From NCBI GenBank assembly GCA_016935415.1, contig JAFGRA010000307.1, positions 1-53,521 of the forward strand: a stretch of 53,521 nt of DNA, written 5' to 3'. The stretch is from Anaerolineales bacterium (GTDB lineage: Bacteria; Chloroflexota; Anaerolineae; Anaerolineales; UBA11579). This document shows positions 47,745-53,521 of the stretch, one piece after another (within the stretch, counting starts at the first letter, position 1; each line of letters starts with the position of its first letter). The notes beneath the pieces were generated by a model that saw nothing but the letters and a program-made list of their open reading frames with translations, was not told the origin of the DNA and searched no databases. Both the position numbers and the translations under genes were made by a program.

Positions 47745-48431
47745 GTGAAGACTCCTGATAATCTCCAAAACGTTTACTTGACCAAAGAAGAATACGCCTT
47801 TGAGCTTTTGCGCACCGCGATCTTAGACGGTGAATTGAAACCGGGCGAAAAATTGGTGATCGACCGACTGAGCGACGACTTGGGAATCAGCACAATCCCG
47901 ATTCGCTCGGCCTTGCAGCGTCTGGATATGGAAGGGTTGGTGGAGATCACACCGCATTCTCCAGCGCGTGTAGCACCAATCTCGCTCGATATGGTTGCTG
48001 AGACCTTTGCGCTTTTGGCGGCGTTGGAAGAGGTTGCCTTTGTGAACGCGGCCTTGAAGCTTACCGATGAGGGCTTACAGCCTATCCGCGATCTGGTTGA
48101 AGAAATGGGGAGGGTGGCTGTGTCGGGGGAGACGGGGAATTGGATGGATTTGAATATTGCCTTTCACCGTAAAATTGCCGAACAGACCGGGATGCAATTG
48201 TTGATCGAATTTACCAACCGGGCGCTCGACCAGTGGCGGCGTTTGAGCCATTGCTACTTCGAAGAAGTGGCGGCTGAGCGTATTCGGCAGGCACAGCGCG
48301 AGCATGTGGAAATCCTGCACTTAGTAGAAACAAAGCAGGTGAATGCGCTATCGGCTTTGGCTAGGCAGCATAATCAGGGGGCGTTCCAAGCTTACCAGCA
48401 ATTGATGCAGAACATGGAGGAAGAAGTATAA
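47745..48431 (+). CDS. GntR (FadR/FCD) transcriptional regulator
   Basis: GELKPGEKL, LGISTIPIRSAL, NIAFH, EH...H FCD motif. Confidence 0.92.
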   Translation: MKTPDNLQNVYLTKEEYAFELLRTAILDGELKPGEKLVIDRLSDDLGISTIPIRSALQRLDMEGLVEITPHSPARVAPISLDMVAETFALLAALEEVAFVNAALKLTDEGLQPIRDLVEEMGRVAVSGETGNWMDLNIAFHRKIAEQTGMQLLIEFTNRALDQWRRLSHCYFEEVAAERIRQAQREHVEILHLVETKQVNALSALARQHNQGAFQAYQQLMQNMEEEV

Positions 48432-48432
48432 T

Positions 48433-49539
48433 ATGGTTACGCGGGAAACTTTGCTCCCCAAGTGTGAGCGCGCTTTTGATTTTGCCGGTAAGCAACTTAA
48501 AGCATTGATCGAAGAACACCCCGACCAATTCCCGGAATTCACCGTGGATGGCAAGTGGTCGCTGAATAAGAATCCCTGGACGAATTGGTGTGAAGGCTTT
48601 CTGGGTGGGCAGTTGTGGTTGCTTTACAAGCACGCCGGTGACGATTATTGGCGGGAGAAAGCCGAGCACTACTCTAAATTGATCGAACATCGCAAGACCG
48701 ACCGCCAGGTGCATGACCTGGGATTTTTGTTTTGGTCAACGTATAAGCAGTGGTACGACCTGACCAGTGAGGAAGCGCTCAATGCTGTGTTGATCGAAGC
48801 CGGGCAGACGATGGCTTTACGCTTCAAGGAAAAGGGACAATACTTACGTTCCTTCCTGGCAGAAGACAGCTTGTTCATCGATATTATGATGAATGTGGGG
48901 ATTGTGTTCTATGCGGCCCAAGAGACCGATGATGCCGATCTGTTCCGTATCGCTAACCAGCATTGCCTGACGACGCGCAAGTATTTGATCCGCGGTGATG
49001 GCAGCGGTTCCCACGAAGGTATCTTTGATTTGGAGAGCGGCGAGTTCTTGCGGCAGAGTACGCAGCAGGGCTGGCGGAACGATTCGAGTTGGGCGCGCGG
49101 CCTGGCCTGGGCGCTGTATGGCTTTGGCACGGTCTATGAATTTACGCAAGATGCGCGTTATCTGAATACGGCTTGCGCGCTGGCGGACTATTACATCGAA
49201 CATACCCCGGCGCATGGCGTACCGCCTAATGATTGGGATGATCCCGAGCCGAAGTATCCCTATGAAAGCTCGGCGGCGGCGATTGCCGCCTCGGGGATGC
49301 TGAATCTCGCAAAACTGGCCCAAAATCCGGCCGCGGCGCGCATGTACCAGCAGTACGCTTACACGATTCTGGATACGCTGACTTCGCCGGAATTCCTGGC
49401 CGATCAGACGCCGGGTTACGAGGGTATTCTCAAGCGCGGCATCTACCATTTGAATAAGGGACTGGGCGTAGATCAAAGCGTGATGTGGGGCGAGTTTTTC
49501 TTCCTGGAAGCTGTAAGTAAGGTAATCAATGATGATTGA
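48433..49539 (+). CDS. GH88 unsaturated glucuronyl hydrolase-like protein
   Basis: WCEGF, HDLGF, IDIMMN, WARGLAW, ESSAAAI, WGEFFFLEA; no signal peptide. Confidence 0.88.
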   Translation: MVTRETLLPKCERAFDFAGKQLKALIEEHPDQFPEFTVDGKWSLNKNPWTNWCEGFLGGQLWLLYKHAGDDYWREKAEHYSKLIEHRKTDRQVHDLGFLFWSTYKQWYDLTSEEALNAVLIEAGQTMALRFKEKGQYLRSFLAEDSLFIDIMMNVGIVFYAAQETDDADLFRIANQHCLTTRKYLIRGDGSGSHEGIFDLESGEFLRQSTQQGWRNDSSWARGLAWALYGFGTVYEFTQDARYLNTACALADYYIEHTPAHGVPPNDWDDPEPKYPYESSAAAIAASGMLNLAKLAQNPAAARMYQQYAYTILDTLTSPEFLADQTPGYEGILKRGIYHLNKGLGVDQSVMWGEFFFLEAVSKVINDD

Positions 49540-50314
49540 AAACGAGAAAAAAGTCGCAATTGTGACCGGCGGCAGTCGTGGGATTGGCAAGGCAATCGCT
49601 TTGGCGTTGGGAGAGCGCGGCTGGCGAGTGATCGTTAATTACAATCGCAACCGAGATGCTGCTGAGGAGACGCTGAATACCTTACAGGAAGCTGGTGGGG
49701 TGGGCGCGATCGTGCAGGCCGATGTCGCCAATGAAGATGACCGGATGTGCTTAGTTGAAAGCACGCTTGAAGCTTATGGACGGATTGATTTGCTGGTCAA
49801 TAACGCTGGAATGGCGCCGCGCCAGCGCCGCGATCTGCTGGAAATGACTGCCGAAAGTTACGATGAGGTCATGGCAGTTAATCTGAAAGGGCCATTTTTC
49901 CTGACACAATTGGTTGTCCGGAAGATGATCGCTCTGGTGCAGGCCGGAAAAATTTCCGCGCCTAAAATTGTAAATGTGAACTCAATCAGCGCGTATACGA
50001 GCAGCACGGCACGCGGCGAATACTGTATCTCGAAAGCCGGGATGGGGATGATGACGGCGCTGTATGCCGACCGGCTGGCGGAATATGGGATTGGGGTGTA
50101 TGAGGTGCGCCCCGGCATCATCGCCACAGACATGACCAGCGCGGTCAAGGGGAAATATGATCTACTTTTTGCGCAAGGACTGACGCCGATTGCGCGTTGG
50201 GGCGTGCCGGAAGACGTGGCCAAGGCCGTGCTTGCGATTGCTGAGGATTATCTGCCGTATTCAACCGGCGAAATAATCAATGTGGATGGTGGGTTCCACT
50301 TACGGCGTTTATGA
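49529..50314 (+). CDS. SDR oxidoreductase ('3-ketoacyl-ACP reductase'-like subfamily)
   Basis: TGGSRGIG, RGEYCISK, VYEVRPG, YSTGE, DGGFHLRRL. Confidence 0.9.
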   Translation: MMIENEKKVAIVTGGSRGIGKAIALALGERGWRVIVNYNRNRDAAEETLNTLQEAGGVGAIVQADVANEDDRMCLVESTLEAYGRIDLLVNNAGMAPRQRRDLLEMTAESYDEVMAVNLKGPFFLTQLVVRKMIALVQAGKISAPKIVNVNSISAYTSSTARGEYCISKAGMGMMTALYADRLAEYGIGVYEVRPGIIATDMTSAVKGKYDLLFAQGLTPIARWGVPEDVAKAVLAIAEDYLPYSTGEIINVDGGFHLRRL

Positions 50315-50336
50315 GAATTAAGACGAGAGGAATGCA

Positions 50337-51788
50337 GTGATGAGATACCCACGGATGGCACAGTTGCGCACACCGCAAGACTTTCAAACCAGACTGGACG
50401 AGCTGGACTTGGAGCTTGGATTCGATGCAGAAATGCAGCGTGGACCGGATGCTCCGTTGGCGCAATCTTATACATTGCGGGACGGTTTCCGAATCGGCAA
50501 CCGTTTTTGCGTACAGCCGATGGAAGGCTGGGATGGTTCTATGGATGGTAAACCCAGTGAAAATACCTTCCGGCGTTGGGAACGTTTTGGGATCAGTGGG
50601 GCCAAATTGGTATGGGGTGGCGAAGCGACCGCAGTGCGGCATGACGGGCGCGCCAATCCCCATCAACTGATTATCAGTGAATATACACTGTCTGAACTGG
50701 AAGCTTTGCGCCAAACCCTGGTGGATGCCCACATTTCCCACTTTGGAACCGCTGATGATTTGCTAATCGGTTTGCAGCTTACGCACTCCGGCCGGTTCTC
50801 GCGGCCGACGGCGGGCGGTGCATTGGAGCCGACCATTTTATACCATCATCCCTACCTGGATGAGAAATATGGTTTGCCTCCGAATTATTCGGTGATAAGC
50901 GATGGTGAGATCGAGATGCTTGTGGCGGATTTTGTGCGTGCCGCCAAACAAGCTTATGAGATTGGTTTTCAATTCGTGGATCTCAAGCACTGTCATGGCT
51001 ACCTGGGGCACGAATTCCTGACTGCTTACTCCAGGTCGGGCAAATACGGCGGCTCATTTGAGAACCGCACGCGTTTCCTGCGTGAGATCGTGACGGGGAT
51101 TCGGACGGAAGCGCCCAATTTGCGAATTGGCGTGCGGCTGAGTGCCTTCGATATGCCGCCATTCAGACCAGGCGCGGATATGGCGGGCGAGCCGGTGGAG
51201 TTGCTTGACGAACGGCGATACTGGTTCGGCGCGGAGCAGGCCAACCCGTTTAGTTTCGATTTAGAAGAGACCGTCCGTTTTTTGGAATTGCTCGATGCAT
51301 TGCATATCGAGTTAGTGAACGTGACCGCGGGCAGCCCATATTATTGCCATCATATCCAGCGTCCAGCGCTTTTTCCGCCTTCGGACGGCTACCAGCCGCC
51401 AGAAGACCCGCTGGTGGGTGTGGCGCGCCAGATCGAGGCGACCGCGCGGCTCAAGGCGCACGTTCCCAATTTGCTGATGGTCGGGACGGCTTACAGCTAT
51501 TTGCAGGAGTGGCTGCCGAATGTGGCGCAATACGTGGTGCGCACCGGGCAGGCGGACTTCATTGGCCTGGGGCGGATGATGCTTTCATACCCAGAAATGC
51601 CTGTGGATATTTTGACCGGGAAAACCTTACAGCGCAAGTCGATCTGCCGCACGTTCAGCGATTGCACGACCGCCCCACGCAATGGGCTGGTATCGGGCTG
51701 TTTCCCGCTTGATGCATATTACAAGGAATCTCCAGTGGCGGAGACGTTGAAAACTGCCAAGGCGCAGATGAAGGAGAAATTCGAATGA
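50337..51788 (+). CDS. NADH:flavin oxidoreductase (Old Yellow Enzyme family), atypical
   Basis: [39 protein letters not shown]. Confidence 0.88.
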   Translation: MMRYPRMAQLRTPQDFQTRLDELDLELGFDAEMQRGPDAPLAQSYTLRDGFRIGNRFCVQPMEGWDGSMDGKPSENTFRRWERFGISGAKLVWGGEATAVRHDGRANPHQLIISEYTLSELEALRQTLVDAHISHFGTADDLLIGLQLTHSGRFSRPTAGGALEPTILYHHPYLDEKYGLPPNYSVISDGEIEMLVADFVRAAKQAYEIGFQFVDLKHCHGYLGHEFLTAYSRSGKYGGSFENRTRFLREIVTGIRTEAPNLRIGVRLSAFDMPPFRPGADMAGEPVELLDERRYWFGAEQANPFSFDLEETVRFLELLDALHIELVNVTAGSPYYCHHIQRPALFPPSDGYQPPEDPLVGVARQIEATARLKAHVPNLLMVGTAYSYLQEWLPNVAQYVVRTGQADFIGLGRMMLSYPEMPVDILTGKTLQRKSICRTFSDCTTAPRNGLVSGCFPLDAYYKESPVAETLKTAKAQMKEKFE

Positions 51789-52417
51789 GCAAAGATATCT
51801 TGCTGGTGTCTGCCGGGACGGTGCACCCCAGTCTGGCGGCGCGGCGTGTATTTAAGCGAACGTTGACGGCGCTGCCGGAATTCAAGTTTACGCAGATCAA
51901 GCATTTGAATATGCTCCCTACGCTTGACCTGGATACATATGCCGGGATGGTGCTGTATTATCACGCCGAAGAGCTGCGCCAAGACGCGCTGCAAGCCTTT
52001 CGGGATTATGTGGTAGGGGGTGGCGGTGTACTGGCAGTGCACAGTGCATCGGCTTCGTTCAAGGGGATGGATAAATATTATGAGGTACTGGGCGGTGAGT
52101 TTGTCAGTCATGGGCCGGTGGAGGAGTTTGAATTGATTCCGGGCAGCGCCATGGATGACATTTTTGGGCGGGGAGAAAGGTTTACGATTTACGATGAGCT
52201 TTACCGGCATGAATACGACCCGGATAACATGATCCACTATCACGTCGAGGTCAAGACTGAAGCGGGAGAGATCGAAAAAGAACCCTTTGTGTGGACGCGG
52301 GCTTTTGGTCAGGGGCGGATTTGTTATTGTGCCTTTGGGCACACGGTAAAGGCTCTGCAGCAGCCGGGGGCACAGGCGATCTTGCGGCGCGGTTTACGTT
52401 GGGTGAGTGGGAGTTGA
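51785..52417 (+). CDS. ThuA-domain protein
   Basis: [33 protein letters not shown]. Confidence 0.85.
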   Translation: MSKDILLVSAGTVHPSLAARRVFKRTLTALPEFKFTQIKHLNMLPTLDLDTYAGMVLYYHAEELRQDALQAFRDYVVGGGGVLAVHSASASFKGMDKYYEVLGGEFVSHGPVEEFELIPGSAMDDIFGRGERFTIYDELYRHEYDPDNMIHYHVEVKTEAGEIEKEPFVWTRAFGQGRICYCAFGHTVKALQQPGAQAILRRGLRWVSGS

Positions 52418-52421
52418 TGGG

Positions 52422-53435
52422 ATGAGTGACGCATTGCGGCTGGGGATTGTCGGCTGTGGCTCGATTGCCGATCCGATTGCTAAACTAACGCGCCTGACGC
52501 GCGGTATGCGTGTGACGGCATACTGCGATGTGAATTTGGAATGTGCCAACCGGTTGGCGACAAAATATGGGGGTGGGGCAGTTTTCGGCAATTTCATCGA
52601 GATGCTGGAGAAGGAGGCGCTCGATGCGATCTATTTGGCGGTGCCCCATCATCTGCATTACACGATGATCTGTGAGGCGTTAGAAAAAGGATTGCCGACC
52701 CTAACCGAAAAACCGATCACGCGCACGCTGGCAGAAGGCATCGCGGTTGCGAACATATCGGAAGAAAAGGGGATTCCGGTGGGTGTGAATTACCAGTATC
52801 GCTATGACCGTGGCTGCTATGCGCTGGCGCAGCATGTTTGGAATGGTACATTAGGGCGGATATTCTATGCGCGCATCAATCTGGCCTGGCACCGGGAAGA
52901 TGCCTATTTCAAACATTCTGCCTGGCATAAGTCGATTGCTCAGGCTGGGGGCGGCACACTGATCACGCAGGCCAGCCACCTGATTGATGTCGTCTTGTGG
53001 GCGTTGGGTGCTACGCCCAAGTTTGTGTATGGACAAACCGCCAAGAATCGCTTCAAGGATGTGGAAGTAGAGGATACCGCGTTAGGCACGATCACGCTGG
53101 AGGATGGCTGCATGGTGCAGATTGCCAGTTCGATGGCGGCGACACCGGAGCAGGCGGTGACGATCGAGTTATACGGCGAGAAAGGCACAGCGATCTATAG
53201 CGACAAACCACGCCCGTATTTGCGGTTGATTGGTGTCAATGCCCAACGTGTCGCTCCTCCGCTGGTTGGCGTTCACGCGTTGCACCGCAGTATCAAAGGA
53301 TTCCGCAATTGGCTGCTAAAGGATGAACCCTACTTGACCCCGGCGCGCGCTTCACTGCCTGCCCTGGCAGTGGTGGAGGCATTCTATCGTTCGGCCGAGT
53401 CTGGGATGCGTGAGTGGGTGGAAACGGATTATTAA
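52422..53435 (+). CDS. Gfo/Idh/MocA oxidoreductase
   Basis: GIVGCGSIA, PHHLH, EKP, GGGTLITQASHLID. Confidence 0.92.
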   Translation: MSDALRLGIVGCGSIADPIAKLTRLTRGMRVTAYCDVNLECANRLATKYGGGAVFGNFIEMLEKEALDAIYLAVPHHLHYTMICEALEKGLPTLTEKPITRTLAEGIAVANISEEKGIPVGVNYQYRYDRGCYALAQHVWNGTLGRIFYARINLAWHREDAYFKHSAWHKSIAQAGGGTLITQASHLIDVVLWALGATPKFVYGQTAKNRFKDVEVEDTALGTITLEDGCMVQIASSMAATPEQAVTIELYGEKGTAIYSDKPRPYLRLIGVNAQRVAPPLVGVHALHRSIKGFRNWLLKDEPYLTPARASLPALAVVEAFYRSAESGMREWVETDY

Positions 53436-53521
53436 AAAATCCTTACAGGGCGGCAAGATAGACATTTTTCTATGGAGTTTTGTGAAACATTTCGCTATAA
53501 TGAAAAGTGTTTGACATCCAA

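Noticed and set aside
1-53521. CRISPR array, IS element, prophage or known defence system
   Set aside because: No repeat-spacer arrays, transposases, integrases, phage genes or recognisable defence domains were seen

Overview
A gene-dense bacterial chromosomal window of moderate GC. It is most likely from an Anaerolineae-type Chloroflexota genome, inferred from gene content and the Val/Glu/Thr-repeat lipoprotein linkers. No integrase, transposase, CRISPR array or rRNA was found. In order, it contains: a KimA/YdaO-like APC transporter broken by two single-base frameshifts plus two TrkA RCK proteins; housekeeping genes (two M20 peptidases, a DedA/VTT protein, cyclophilin, udk, an MshA-like GT4, tRNA-Thr(CGT), DegV, FdhD, a threonine-synthase-like enzyme, a class II aldolase, an SDR and a HycI-like protease); a 660-aa lyase-like unknown; a tightly coupled three-gene operon of a 1927-aa repeat membrane protein, a PrsW-family intramembrane protease and a small membrane-anchored protein; an aldo/keto reductase and an APH-like kinase; a LacI-kduD-kdgK-eda-Zn dehydrogenase operon; an SDR, a GNAT, a ROK kinase, GH20, a LysW-like protein and cellobiose phosphorylase; two tandem orphan OppA-like lipoproteins; a NarL-type two-component system; and a GntR-GH88-SDR-flavin oxidoreductase-ThuA-Gfo operon. 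The best candidates for undescribed biology are the giant-membrane-protein/PrsW operon (17.8-25.5 kb) and the GH88/flavin oxidoreductase/ThuA/Gfo catabolic operon (47.7-53.4 kb). All calls come from motif recognition by eye; no database search was run.
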